Shown here one piece after another: positions 1 through 9,830 of a stretch of DNA of 48,876 nt; position 1 is the first letter of the stretch; each line of letters begins with the position of its first letter. A program made the position numbers and the translations under genes. Source of the stretch: Patescibacteria group bacterium (GTDB taxonomy: Bacteria; Patescibacteriota; Microgenomatia; Levybacterales; UBA12049); the NCBI GenBank assembly GCA_026004395.1, contig BPJB01000001.1, positions 1,035,226 to 1,084,101 of the forward strand, read 5' to 3'. The notes beneath the pieces were generated by a model that was not told where the DNA came from, searched no databases, and worked only from the letters and a program-made list of their open reading frames with translations.

Positions 1-2
1 TA

Positions 3-461
3 CCCATGCAAGAGGATCCTCAAGTTTTTGCCGAACAAGACAAAAAATATAATTTTAATACAATCTTTTTTGCCCATACTGACCAAACACCCTGGGCTGA
101 AACCTTCCTTAAAGCAATTCTTTCCAATCCTACCTGGAAAGTTGTATATCTTGACCCCTACGTTATTATTCTTGTAAAAGATAAACCATCCAATAAAAAA
201 ATTATCAGTCGTTTTGAAATCTCCAAAGATAAACTGCCGATGAACAATATTAATCAAAATGATCTTATCTCCCTTTATCGAGCAGTAAGTTTTTATCAAA
301 AAATAGGCTCCTCATCTGCTGCTATTCCTCTTCTTCAAGCTATTCTTGAAAAAAATCCTTACGACTGTCCTGCACTCTCCTATCTTAGTTCAACGCTTAG
401 TGCAATTAACCATCCAGGAGCAGTTCTCTACATACAACGTCATCAAACATTCTGTAGGTAA
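3..461 (+). CDS. C-terminal fragment of a hypothetical protein with a TPR-like tail. The frame is open to the window edge.
   Basis: The ORF frame has no stop back to base 3, so the gene probably starts upstream of the window. The tail (LISLYRAVSFYQKIGSSSAAIPLLQAILEKNPYDCPA) looks TPR-like. No catalytic motif recognised. Confidence 0.4.
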   Translation, partial: PMQEDPQVFAEQDKKYNFNTIFFAHTDQTPWAETFLKAILSNPTWKVVYLDPYVIILVKDKPSNKKIISRFEISKDKLPMNNINQNDLISLYRAVSFYQKIGSSSAAIPLLQAILEKNPYDCPALSYLSSTLSAINHPGAVLYIQRHQTFCR

Positions 462-472
462 TGCAAAAACCA

Positions 473-481
473 TGCTACAAT
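473..481 (+). promoter_or_regulatory. Extended -10 element TGCTACAAT upstream of the ATPase gene
   Basis: TGnTAnAAT match. The hexamer at 476-481 lies 11 nt before the ATG at 493, implying a very short leader. No good -35. Confidence 0.35.
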
Positions 482-492
482 AGAACAAACGC

Positions 493-2856
493 ATGGAACA
501 GCTTGGCTTAACTACCTACCAAGTACACAAAATCCAACAAATAGTTGGCTTTAACGAAATTCGTACAGAGCAGCAGTTCTCTCCCATTCGACTTTTTCTC
601 TCTCAATTTCCTAGTGTTATTAATGGCATTCTAGCTATTGCTGCTCTGTTTTCCTTCATCATAGGAGACACGCTTGATAGCATATTCATCCTTGCCATTA
701 TTATTCTTGATAGTATTTTTGGCTTTATTCAAGAGTATAAGGCAGAAAAATCGCTTGAGAAACTTCGCTCATATACTTCTCCTGAAGCAAGAGTCGTAAG
801 AGATGGCAAAGAAATTCAGATTCCGAGCAAAAATCTTGTCCCTGGCGATATTGTTATCCTTTCCGAAGGAGATCGAGTACCAGCAGACGGAAAACTTCTA
901 GAAACACAACATATTGAACTTGACGAGTCGATTCTCACAGGTGAATCGCTCCCTGTCAATAAAGAAGAAGGACAAGAGGTAAATCTTGGAATGCTCGTCA
1001 CAAAAGGACGTGGGAGGATGCTCGTTGAGTCTATTGGGATGAAGACAAAGTTTGGGCAAATAGCCCAGACACTTACGTCAATTGAGGCAGAAAAGACACC
1101 GCTACAGATACAGTTGACAAAACTTGGTCGAACCCTTTCTTTCGTCGCAGTTTGCATAGCGTTTCTTATTGTTCCTCTTGGATTAATGCAAGGGAAAACC
1201 CTTTCTCCACTTCTCCTGTTAGCAACAAGTATTGCAATTGCTGCTGTTCCGGTATCGCTTCCTGCCGTTATTACTGTTGCTCTTGCTCTAGGAACAAGTC
1301 GTATGGCAAAAAGAAAAGCTATCGTACGAAAAATGCCATCTGTTGAAACACTTGGAGCAGTACAGATAATCCTCGTTGATAAAACAGGGACATTGACGGA
1401 AAATTGTATGAAAGTTAAGAAAGTATGGGCAAGAAGTAAAGAAAGTCTTCCACACATTTACCAAGCATGTGTCCTCGGCAATACTGCATCACTTATTCAA
1501 CAAGCTGGCGGCACGTTTGATATTGTTGGTGATAAAACGGATGGAGCCCTTCTCGTGTGGGCAAAAAACAACTATAGCACTATCGATAAAATTATTGCAG
1601 AAGGAAAAGTTATTGATGAATTTGTCTTTGATGCTAAGACAAAAATGATAACAACAGTCTGGCAAAAAAATGGAGAAAACTTCACGTTTGTACGAGGCGC
1701 CCCTGAAACTATACTTGAAAGAAGCAAACTTTCTCAGCAAGAACGTCATGAAATGAAAAAAAAATATGAAGATCTTGCAAAAGAAGGCCTTCGTATTATA
1801 GCGTTTGCTACTAAAACAACTGGTGGCAATCGCATGATGAAAAGAGAAGACCATGAAAAAGACCTCACTTTCCTTGGATTTGTAGGAATTTACGATCCTC
1901 CTCGCGCAGAGGTTAAAACCGCTATTGCACAAGCACGAAAAGCAGGAATTAGAACCATTATGGTTACAGGAGATAATGAGTTGACAGCTCTTGCTATTGG
2001 AAAAGAAATTGGACTTATTGAAAACGATGAAGATGTGATTACAGGGGAAGAGCTTGAGAAGATATCTGATTCAGACCTTCTCCCAATACTTGCAAAAGTA
2101 CGTATTTTTGCTAGAACAAAGCCGCATGACAAATTAAGGATAACAACACTTCTGCAAAAGCAGGGTTTTGTTGTGGGTGTAACAGGAGATGGTGTCAATG
2201 ATGCTTTAGCACTCAAAAAGGCAGATGTTGGTGTCGCTATGGGCGAATCAGGGACAGATGTTGCAAAAGAAGCAAGCGATATTGTGATCGCAGATGATAA
2301 CTTTGCAACAATAGTCAGAGCTATTGAAGAAGGAAGAACCATTTATAGAAATATTCTCAAGTCGATAACCTATCTGCTTACTGGAAATACTTCAGAACTA
2401 TTTCTTGTCTTCTTTGCAACACTTCTTGAGCTTCCATCTCCTTTATCGCCTACGCAAATTCTTTGGATAAACCTCGTAACAGATGGTCTACCAGCTCTTG
2501 CTTTAGCAAGTGACAATAAAGACCCTCAAGCTCTAAAACAAAAACCTAGAAATCCAAATGTCCCCATCCTCACCCCTAAACGTATGATGCTTACAATCTC
2601 TACTGGAATTAGCTTAAGTATTTTTTTTCTTCTTGTTTTTGGTTACTTTTACCAAGGGACCACTGAGACAGTTGCTCGGACAGTAACATTTAATGTTCTT
2701 GTTTTCTCTCATATGGCACTAGCCTTTTTAGTTCGAGGACGATTATTCCTTAAACCGAGTAAGTTTCTCCTCGTAACAGTACTTGCAACGTTTATATTAC
2801 AAATAATTGTTACGACAACACCACTTTTCCAGAAGATATTTGAGATAGGATTTTAA
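493..2856 (+). CDS. Cation-transporting P-type ATPase, type II-like
   Basis: Motifs present: DKTGTLT phosphorylation site, TGES, MVTGDN, GDGVNDALAL hinge, and a WINLVTDGLPALAL TM6 resembling SERCA/PMCA-type pumps. Confidence 0.9.
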   Translation: MEQLGLTTYQVHKIQQIVGFNEIRTEQQFSPIRLFLSQFPSVINGILAIAALFSFIIGDTLDSIFILAIIILDSIFGFIQEYKAEKSLEKLRSYTSPEARVVRDGKEIQIPSKNLVPGDIVILSEGDRVPADGKLLETQHIELDESILTGESLPVNKEEGQEVNLGMLVTKGRGRMLVESIGMKTKFGQIAQTLTSIEAEKTPLQIQLTKLGRTLSFVAVCIAFLIVPLGLMQGKTLSPLLLLATSIAIAAVPVSLPAVITVALALGTSRMAKRKAIVRKMPSVETLGAVQIILVDKTGTLTENCMKVKKVWARSKESLPHIYQACVLGNTASLIQQAGGTFDIVGDKTDGALLVWAKNNYSTIDKIIAEGKVIDEFVFDAKTKMITTVWQKNGENFTFVRGAPETILERSKLSQQERHEMKKKYEDLAKEGLRIIAFATKTTGGNRMMKREDHEKDLTFLGFVGIYDPPRAEVKTAIAQARKAGIRTIMVTGDNELTALAIGKEIGLIENDEDVITGEELEKISDSDLLPILAKVRIFARTKPHDKLRITTLLQKQGFVVGVTGDGVNDALALKKADVGVAMGESGTDVAKEASDIVIADDNFATIVRAIEEGRTIYRNILKSITYLLTGNTSELFLVFFATLLELPSPLSPTQILWINLVTDGLPALALASDNKDPQALKQKPRNPNVPILTPKRMMLTISTGISLSIFFLLVFGYFYQGTTETVARTVTFNVLVFSHMALAFLVRGRLFLKPSKFLLVTVLATFILQIIVTTTPLFQKIFEIGF

Positions 2857-2859
2857 TAA

Positions 2860-3897
2860 TTAAAGAAGACGCTGTTGTGAAGATTGATTTTCTTTTTTCT
2901 CTAATCCAAAATGGTCATATGCAAGTTTGGTTACTATCCTACCTCGAGGTGATCTTTTAATAAATCCAATTTGAAGAAGATAAGGCTCAACCATATCCTC
3001 AAGGGTCCCTATATCCTCTGCAATACTGGAAGCGATTGTTTCAATACCCACTGGTCCCCCATTATGCTTCTCTATAATAGATCGCAGATATTTTATATCC
3101 AGCAGATCAAGACCCAAATGATCAATCTCAAGCATTCTTAAAGCCTCTGCTGTAATTTTGGGAGTTATTTTACCTTCTGCATTTACCTGAGCAAAATCGC
3201 GTACCCTTTTGAGAAGTTTTAGGGCAATACGAGGAGTTCCGCGTGATCGAATAGACAACTCATGAATGCTTTCAGAATCAATATTAACAGCGAGTTTCTT
3301 GGCTGCACGCTTTATAATCACACCTAATTCCTCAGGATTATAAAAATTAAGCCTATGCACAACACCAAATCTATCACGAAGCGGAGCTGAAATAAGACCC
3401 ACTCTGGTAGTTGCACCAACAATAGTAAACTGTGGCAGATCAAGTCTTAAAGTACGAGCTGAGGGACCTTTACCTAAGATAATATCCAAAGCATAATCCT
3501 CCATTGCCGGATACAGTGTCTCTTCCACCAGCTTGTTTAATCTATGAATTTCATCAATAAATAACACATCTCCTTTTTCCAAATTTGTGAGAATTGATGC
3601 CAGATCTCCAGCTCTTTCAATGGCAGGACCTGATGTCACACGAATATTGCTACCCATTTCTTTGGCAATAATATGTGAAAGGGTAGTTTTACCCAATCCC
3701 GGGGGTCCGTAAAGCAAAATGTGCTCCAACGCTTCTCCTCGTTTTTTAGCAGCTTCAATCGCAATTTTAAGAGAACGTTTAGTATTTTCCTGGCCAATAA
3801 ACTCATCCCAACTTCCAACACGAAGAGAGGTGATGATCACTTCCTCTTCTGGCGTTTGCTCTTGAACTCTGTCAGTTATTTTTAATCCTTTAGACAT
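2860..3897 (-). CDS. ruvB: Holliday junction branch migration ATPase RuvB
   Basis: Walker [18 protein letters not shown] Walker B/sensor region, typical RuvB length, located downstream of ruvA. Confidence 0.95.
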   Translation of the reverse strand: MSKGLKITDRVQEQTPEEEVIITSLRVGSWDEFIGQENTKRSLKIAIEAAKKRGEALEHILLYGPPGLGKTTLSHIIAKEMGSNIRVTSGPAIERAGDLASILTNLEKGDVLFIDEIHRLNKLVEETLYPAMEDYALDIILGKGPSARTLRLDLPQFTIVGATTRVGLISAPLRDRFGVVHRLNFYNPEELGVIIKRAAKKLAVNIDSESIHELSIRSRGTPRIALKLLKRVRDFAQVNAEGKITPKITAEALRMLEIDHLGLDLLDIKYLRSIIEKHNGGPVGIETIASSIAEDIGTLEDMVEPYLLQIGFIKRSPRGRIVTKLAYDHFGLEKKENQSSQQRLL

Positions 3898-3946
3898 ATA
3901 ACTGGTTTTAATTCTATCATTACTCAGCGCAATAAATTTAGTTACT

Positions 3947-4522
3947 TTATTTACCTAATTCCTTAAGCGCTAGTCTGATTATTTCTTCTGTTGTCAATCC
4001 ATCACCTGTAATCTTGCGTATAGCATTCTGTGCCTCGTGATGAGTAAATCCAAAATTTTTAAGTGCCGCAATAGCTTCCTGTTGTTCATTAGTAACCTCA
4101 TCAGAGAGATCAAGATCATCAACTCCTCCAAGTTTATTTTTCAACTCAATTATAATTTTTTGAGCATTTTTCTTTCCAAGTCTAGGAACAGCTGTAAAAA
4201 ATCCAACATCTCCTTTAATAATCGCATTGACAATGTCCCCTCTTTGACCGATAGAAAAAATACCCAAAGCGGATTTACATCCTACACCAGACACATTAAT
4301 CAACATTTGAAATAACTTTAAATCCTCAGGAGAGGAAAAACCATACAATTCGAGAGCATCATCACGTATATAAGTATGAGTATATAACTTTACCGTCTCA
4401 CCTACTTGGTGTGCTGCAAATAATGCGTGTGATACAAACACATTGTACCCTACTCCATGAACATCAATTACCATTATGGGAGAATCTTTTAATGTAATTA
4501 CGCCTTGAAGCATGCCAATCAT
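3947..4522 (-). CDS. ruvA: Holliday junction DNA-binding protein RuvA
   Basis: The N-terminus MIGMLQGVI matches the canonical RuvA start (MIGxLxG), so I prefer the ATG at 4522 over the GTG at 4558 used by the ORF track. HhH-like GVGxKxA region present. Confidence 0.88.
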   Translation of the reverse strand: MIGMLQGVITLKDSPIMVIDVHGVGYNVFVSHALFAAHQVGETVKLYTHTYIRDDALELYGFSSPEDLKLFQMLINVSGVGCKSALGIFSIGQRGDIVNAIIKGDVGFFTAVPRLGKKNAQKIIIELKNKLGGVDDLDLSDEVTNEQQEAIAALKNFGFTHHEAQNAIRKITGDGLTTEEIIRLALKELGK

Positions 4523-4560
4523 AGGAGGTATTGGCATTATACCATAGTAAGAAAACACTT

Positions 4561-5049
4561 TTAGCGTCTTTTAACATCTAGCGTAAATGCATGCGTTAAA
4601 GCAATAGCAAGAGCATCTGTAGTATCATCAGGTTTAGGAATTTTATTAAGATGCAAAAGTATTTTTACCATTTGACCAATCTGAGATTTTTCTGCGCGAC
4701 CGTATCCAGTAAGAGCAATTTTTACTTGAAGAGGTGTATAAATACCAACAGATAAATTATGTTGTGCAGCCAATAGCAGCACCACTCCCCGTGCTTGACC
4801 AACGATAAATGCAGTCTTCGCATTGGTATTAAAAAATAATTCTTCCAGGGCAATTGCATCAGGTTTTTCGTTATTCAGAATAGCTTGTAACTTGTAATAG
4901 ATCTCAGCAAGTCGTTGTTCAACAGGAAGATGATTGTCAGTTTCAATACATCCATAATTTTTTGCCTCTATATTATTTTTATTTCTTTGTACCCCTATCA
5001 CACCCCACCCCATTCTACCAAGTCCAGGATCAATTCCAAGAATTTTCAT
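4561..5049 (-). CDS. ruvC: Crossover junction endodeoxyribonuclease RuvC
   Basis: MKILGIDPGL start is typical of RuvC, and a C-terminal DDxxDALAIAL motif is present. The ORF-track N-terminal extension to 5145 is hydrophobic junk, so the ATG at 5049 is preferred. Confidence 0.88.
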   Translation of the reverse strand: MKILGIDPGLGRMGWGVIGVQRNKNNIEAKNYGCIETDNHLPVEQRLAEIYYKLQAILNNEKPDAIALEELFFNTNAKTAFIVGQARGVVLLLAAQHNLSVGIYTPLQVKIALTGYGRAEKSQIGQMVKILLHLNKIPKPDDTTDALAIALTHAFTLDVKRR

Positions 5050-5129
5050 TGCTTCATTGTTACATGGCTTTTTGGTTTTTGCAAGAATCAAGAATATTAA
5101 ATTTAAATAAAAATTAGCTATCCCATAGT

Positions 5130-5158
5130 TTGACAATGTTTGCAATCTATGGTATAAA
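5130..5158 (+). promoter_or_regulatory. Sigma70-type promoter for rplY
   Basis: TTGACA (5130-5135), a 17-nt spacer ending in TGG (extended -10), then TATAAA (5153-5158). The ORF-track ATG at 5158 sits inside the -10, which supports the ATG at 5176. Confidence 0.5.
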
Positions 5159-5175
5159 TGGTTTATAGTTTAAAT

Positions 5176-5844
5176 ATGAAACGACCAACACTCTCAGCGA
5201 CGATACGAACCCTCCTTGGGAAAAAGGTTAAAAAACTTCGAAGAGAGGGCATTCTTCCAGCTAATGTTTATGGAAAAGATATTCCCTCAACTGCACTTCA
5301 AGTAAATCTAAAAGAATTCACTGATATCTATAAAGAAGTTGGTGAAACTGGGCTTGTAGATCTGGAAGTAGATGGGAAGAAACGTCCGGTGCTTATCAAA
5401 AATGTCCAATTTGAATTCCGGAATAATACTCCTCTACATGCTGATTTCTATCAAGTGAACCTTAAAGAAAAAGTGAAGAGTATGATTCCCATTGAGTTAG
5501 TAGGAGAAGCTAAAGCAGTAGCTGAAAATATTGGAACTCTTATTCACCCTCTAAGTGAAGTTGAGGTTGAGGCTCTTCCTGCTAATCTTCCTGAAAAAAT
5601 TGAGGTTAATATTGAAAATCTAGCCAATATTGATGATCATATACTTGTAAGCGATCTGCAGGTCCCAGAGGGTGTCACAATACTTACGGATCCCGGACAG
5701 GTAATTGCCAAAATATCGGAGATTGTGGTGGAGGAAACACCTCAACCAGAAGCTGAAGAGGGTGCCACTGAATCAGCTGAGGGAGCACAAGAGACTACTG
5801 AAAGTGAAGAAAAACAGTCTGAAAATCAAGAAAAAAGCGAGTAA
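5176..5844 (+). CDS. rplY: 50S ribosomal protein L25 / general stress protein Ctc, with an acidic C-terminal tail
   Basis: The N-terminus MKRPTLSATIRTLLGKKVKKLRREGILPANVYGK is typical of L25/Ctc. Long-form Ctc architecture. Confidence 0.88.
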   Translation: MKRPTLSATIRTLLGKKVKKLRREGILPANVYGKDIPSTALQVNLKEFTDIYKEVGETGLVDLEVDGKKRPVLIKNVQFEFRNNTPLHADFYQVNLKEKVKSMIPIELVGEAKAVAENIGTLIHPLSEVEVEALPANLPEKIEVNIENLANIDDHILVSDLQVPEGVTILTDPGQVIAKISEIVVEETPQPEAEEGATESAEGAQETTESEEKQSENQEKSE

Positions 5845-6252
5845 TTATTCTTCCAGTCCCACTTCTTTGGCGAATCTTCTTCCTTCTTCAAAATTAGGAT
5901 CAATTAAAAAAACCTCCCGTAAATACTCTTTTGTTTTCTCTTTTTCTCCAAGCTGAAAAGATAATATTGCAAGCTTAAAATACGCATCTCTATAGCCTTG
6001 ATGTCTTTTAACCACCTCTTCCCAATAGGCTCTCTCTTCTTTAATATAAGATTCCTGAGCATGCGCTCTACGAAGCAATGAAAGAGATTGGAGTATTTCA
6101 TAGCCTTTGATTGTTGCTGCCATGGCCAAAAATCCGCTTACAAAACTAACAGTCGTTATTTTGAGATAAAACATTGTTTTCTCAGAAAGTAGTTCGGGAA
6201 AATATCGGTAAATGTTCGGGAATTGCAGAAACCTAGAAAAAAGCTGATTCAT
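5845..6252 (-). CDS. Hypothetical small membrane-anchored protein with a TPR-like C-terminus
   Basis: One hydrophobic helix (VSFVSGFLAMAATI) followed by a TPR-like repeat (YFKLAILSFQLGEKEKTKEYLREVFLIDPN). Its stop abuts the rplY stop. Confidence 0.45.
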   Translation of the reverse strand: MNQLFSRFLQFPNIYRYFPELLSEKTMFYLKITTVSFVSGFLAMAATIKGYEILQSLSLLRRAHAQESYIKEERAYWEEVVKRHQGYRDAYFKLAILSFQLGEKEKTKEYLREVFLIDPNFEEGRRFAKEVGLEE

Positions 6253-6280
6253 AGATAGTATTATATCACTCTTTATAAAT

Positions 6281-8383
6281 TCACCTACCAGCAGGCCAGG
6301 AAGAAATCATGATTGAGTCTTCAGAGTCAATTAACTTTTGATAGATTGCCTCTGTAACAAATGGCATAAAAGGATGCAGAAGTTTAAGTTGGGTTATAAA
6401 AAGAGAAACAAGAATCACCAATGATTCTTCATTGATTCGCGTTTTTACGTCCTCAATATATTTATCTGCAAATTCATGCCAGATAAATTCATACAATCTT
6501 TCTGCTGCCAAATTAAATTGATATGCATCAATATAGCGCGTAATCTCTGATGCTAAATGTTCTACTTTCTGTACCCACTCTCTGTCATTTGAGTGTATTG
6601 CTAATTTTTTCAGTTCACTGAATGAAGGAATTTTCTTTAAGGTTTTGTTTTGATCTTGCTTCATATGAATAAATCTTGCCATATTCCAGAGTTTATTTGT
6701 AAATTTACGAGCAGCATCAAGCTTGGAATACGAAAGGCTTTGATCATTTCCGGTTGCGTTACCATAGATCAGCGCCAATCTAACTGCGTCAGCACCATAA
6801 CGCTCAATAAGTTCTAGAGGATTGACCACATTCCCCTTGCTCTTGCTCATTTTTTTGCCATAGGGATCATTTACCAGTCCATGAAATAAAACATGTTTGA
6901 ACGGAACTTTGCCAGTCATATATAGTCCCAGCATCACCATTCGCGACACCCACGCGCGCAAAAGATCATATCCTGTCTCTAAAACGTCTGTTGGGTAAAA
7001 CTTCTCAAAATCACCAGCTCGTGTGGTCTGAAGTGTCACATACGGCCATTGACCCGAGGAAAACCAGGTATCAAAAGTATCTGAATCTTGTTCCCATTCA
7101 TCTCCTTGCGGTTTTTCGCCCTCAGTTACAATCCATTGTCCTGTTTTAACATTTTTAAAAGCTGGAATCCTGATTCCCCAGACAATCTGACGAGAGATAT
7201 TCCAGTCTCTAAGATTCTCAAGCCAGGTAAAGTACTGTGATTCAAAAGATTTTGGGAAAATCTTTATTTTTCCATCACGCACTGCTTCAATAGCGATTTT
7301 TTTAAGCAATGCAACTTTAACGAACCACTGTTCCTTCGGTAGAGGCTCAATAACTGTTTTGCATTTATAACATAACCCAACTCTATGGACATACTCCTCG
7401 TCTATTTTTTCAATAAGACCCTTTCTCTTCATCTCCTCCACAATTGCAGATCGCGCCTTACTCACTGAGAGACCGGCAAATTTCCCTGCGTGTTCATTCA
7501 ACTTACCATCATAGCCAATTACTTGTTTTAAAGGAAGTCCATGTCGTTTGCCAATCTCAAAATCAGTGAAATCATGCGCTGGTGTCACTTTCACAACACC
7601 GGTACCAAACGCAGGATCAACAGCTGTGTCCGCTACCACTTTTATCGTTGCCGGGCCTAAAACAGTTTCTATTTTAATTTCCTTTCCAATATACTTTTGA
7701 TAACGCTTATCGGAAGGATGAACAGCAACTCCAGTATCACCAAATTTTGTTTCAGGACGAGTGGTTGCGATGGTAAGTGGTCCGTATTTTATGTAATAAA
7801 GTGGGTCTTTTCTCTCCTCATAGATTACTTCTAAATCAGAAAAGGATGTTCCATCTTTAGTGCAGAAATTCACTAGACGATAATCTCTATATACCAATCC
7901 TTCATCATACATTTTTTTAAAAGTTTTACAGACAAGTTTTTTAATATCAGGCTCAAGGGTGTACTTCTCTCTGCTCCAATCAAGAGAAAATCCGAGCTTG
8001 CGCAGCTGATTCTGAATTCTTCCTTTATTCTCTTCAACATAAGAGAAGATCATCTGATAAAGCGTATCTTGATCATAATCGAAACGAGACTTTCCCTCAG
8101 CTTGAAGTTTTTTTTCAAATACAAACTGTGTCTCAATCCCAGCATGATCCGTTCCTGGAAGCCATAAAGCAGCATATCCTTTCATCCGATGATAACGGAT
8201 TAAGATATCCTCAACAGTAAACATAGCATGACCAAAATGAAGATCGCCATTCGCATTTGGTGGAGGAAGAATAATACAGTATGGTTGTCCTTGAGGATTT
8301 ATTTCTGGCTGAAAATATCCTCTCTCTTCCCATTGCTTGTAAATTTTATCTTCAACATCTTTATGATTATAAACCTTATCCAT
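6281..8383 (-). CDS. valS: Valine--tRNA ligase, short form of 700 aa
   Basis: HIGH-type motif PPPNANGDLHFGHA, KMSKS motif KMSKSKGN, editing-domain TTRPET motif, and WNISRQIVWGIRIP typical of ValRS. Confidence 0.9.
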   Translation of the reverse strand: MDKVYNHKDVEDKIYKQWEERGYFQPEINPQGQPYCIILPPPNANGDLHFGHAMFTVEDILIRYHRMKGYAALWLPGTDHAGIETQFVFEKKLQAEGKSRFDYDQDTLYQMIFSYVEENKGRIQNQLRKLGFSLDWSREKYTLEPDIKKLVCKTFKKMYDEGLVYRDYRLVNFCTKDGTSFSDLEVIYEERKDPLYYIKYGPLTIATTRPETKFGDTGVAVHPSDKRYQKYIGKEIKIETVLGPATIKVVADTAVDPAFGTGVVKVTPAHDFTDFEIGKRHGLPLKQVIGYDGKLNEHAGKFAGLSVSKARSAIVEEMKRKGLIEKIDEEYVHRVGLCYKCKTVIEPLPKEQWFVKVALLKKIAIEAVRDGKIKIFPKSFESQYFTWLENLRDWNISRQIVWGIRIPAFKNVKTGQWIVTEGEKPQGDEWEQDSDTFDTWFSSGQWPYVTLQTTRAGDFEKFYPTDVLETGYDLLRAWVSRMVMLGLYMTGKVPFKHVLFHGLVNDPYGKKMSKSKGNVVNPLELIERYGADAVRLALIYGNATGNDQSLSYSKLDAARKFTNKLWNMARFIHMKQDQNKTLKKIPSFSELKKLAIHSNDREWVQKVEHLASEITRYIDAYQFNLAAERLYEFIWHEFADKYIEDVKTRINEESLVILVSLFITQLKLLHPFMPFVTEAIYQKLIDSEDSIMISSWPAGR

Positions 8384-8516
8384 ATGCTTAGCTAAATTTT
8401 TTTATTAACATCATTAATCTCAACTAAAAAATTGAGTTGATCTAAAGTTGATTGTACCACCTTTCTGAGGCTAACACAATTATTTCTTCGGAAATAAATC
8501 GGAGATTACTCGGGAA

Positions 8517-9824
8517 TTATGCTCGTTCTGTCAAAATGTAGCCGCGCGTTCGAACAGTTCTTATCTCAAATGGACTTGCTTGCTGTTTTAACTTTGCGCG
8601 AACACGAGCTACAAGCCTATCAATTGACCAGTCAGAAACTCCAAATTCTTTATACTCCGGCCAAACTGCATCAATAATCTCCTCTCTTTCACAAATTTCA
8701 CCTAAATGATCTTGCAAGAAAGTGAAAAGTAAATGTTCCTTCTTGCTAAAAACAAGTTCTCTCTCCTTCTGAGAAGTATGATGAATAATAAAAGATATAT
8801 ATTGGGCAAAAAGAGGACTAAAAACTTCAAGAGAATTATTCATCTGCTTTACCATACCCACATCAAAAATATATTGTGCTTGTTTCTTTTCCTCCTCACC
8901 CAATTTTTCTTTTTTAACTATACGCGAAAGCACATCCTGTTCCTCAGATCTCAGACTCTCCCAAAGCTCTTCTGAAACAAGCGTTACTCTCTCATCTTGA
9001 GACATAATAGATGCCAATTTCTCTTTTGAGATATTGCCTTCTTTTTGCAATTCATTAAGCAGAATAAGCGCTAATTGTAGGTATTGAGCATGTCCACCTG
9101 TCAAACGAACAATCTCCTTGATGAGTTCTTCTTTTAAGGAAAGACTATAACGATCTTTAGAAAAACTAATGCTAATAACCGCGTCATCATAAGATAGCGG
9201 TTTTATATATAAAAAATGGGAAAACGCAGTCAAGTCCGCTCTAGTAAATGCCTGAGGTGAAAGTGCATCCAAAGCTCGAAAACTGGTAAAAACGTACGCT
9301 AGCTTTCCCTGAGTTGCATCTCGTAAACCTTGAAGATTATCAAAAAATTCAGGGGTTACAACGTCTTTAATACGATCAAAGCGCAGTAGAAAAAGTGTTG
9401 GAATATAGTTTGCTGCAACCAATAACTGAAGGGCTTTTCTCACACCATCCATTAAGAGAAAAAGGTCATTGGTCTGAATGGATGAAAGAAACAACGAAGA
9501 TATCTTCTCGTGAACAGCGGATGCAGCTTGTCTTTTTTCCACCTGGTCGACAATACGTTTAAAAGTAAGCGTCCAGAAGGGATAAATTTCTCTCTCAACA
9601 AGATCGTTTAAATCAACAGGAATGAGCAGATGATTTTTTTCTTTAATAAAAAGCTTGTGTGTTTGCTCATGTGTGAGAAAAAAACGCAGGAAATTACTTA
9701 TTCCAACTCTCTTCATGCCAATAAGATCAACAGAGTGTCTGAGTCGAATATGTTCTCCCAAAGTCAAAGCATCATGCTCTCTAAAAGAAGAAGGATATGC
9801 TGATTCCACAACAGAAGATTCCAT
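8517..9824 (-). CDS. Transcriptional regulator: degenerate P-loop NTPase-like N-domain plus C-terminal OmpR/PhoB-type winged helix
   Basis: C-terminus (LLFTFLQDHLGEICEREEIIDAVW...WSIDRLVARVRAKL...IRTVRTRGYIL) matches the Trans_reg_C pattern. The N-domain is paralogous to ORF 42757-44091, sharing FLLRFDRI/FLFDRFDE and LTGGH blocks. The Walker A position reads GMKRVGIS. Confidence 0.7.
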   Translation of the reverse strand: MESSVVESAYPSSFREHDALTLGEHIRLRHSVDLIGMKRVGISNFLRFFLTHEQTHKLFIKEKNHLLIPVDLNDLVEREIYPFWTLTFKRIVDQVEKRQAASAVHEKISSLFLSSIQTNDLFLLMDGVRKALQLLVAANYIPTLFLLRFDRIKDVVTPEFFDNLQGLRDATQGKLAYVFTSFRALDALSPQAFTRADLTAFSHFLYIKPLSYDDAVISISFSKDRYSLSLKEELIKEIVRLTGGHAQYLQLALILLNELQKEGNISKEKLASIMSQDERVTLVSEELWESLRSEEQDVLSRIVKKEKLGEEEKKQAQYIFDVGMVKQMNNSLEVFSPLFAQYISFIIHHTSQKERELVFSKKEHLLFTFLQDHLGEICEREEIIDAVWPEYKEFGVSDWSIDRLVARVRAKLKQQASPFEIRTVRTRGYILTERA

Positions 9825-9830
9825 GTGCGT

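Noticed and set aside
816-2342. Three long minus-strand ORFs (816-1457, 1489-1932, 1890-2342) inside the P-type ATPase gene
   Set aside because: They lie antisense to a gene with unmistakable conserved motifs. Their translations are low-complexity (Ser/Cys/Phe/Ile-rich) with no motifs. They are typical shadow ORFs.
8480-8497. Hairpin TTATTTC-TTCG-GAAATAA downstream of the 435-aa regulator as an intrinsic terminator
   Set aside because: The stem is 7 bp with a single G:C pair (otherwise A:T) and no U-tract follows on the transcribed strand. This is too weak to call.
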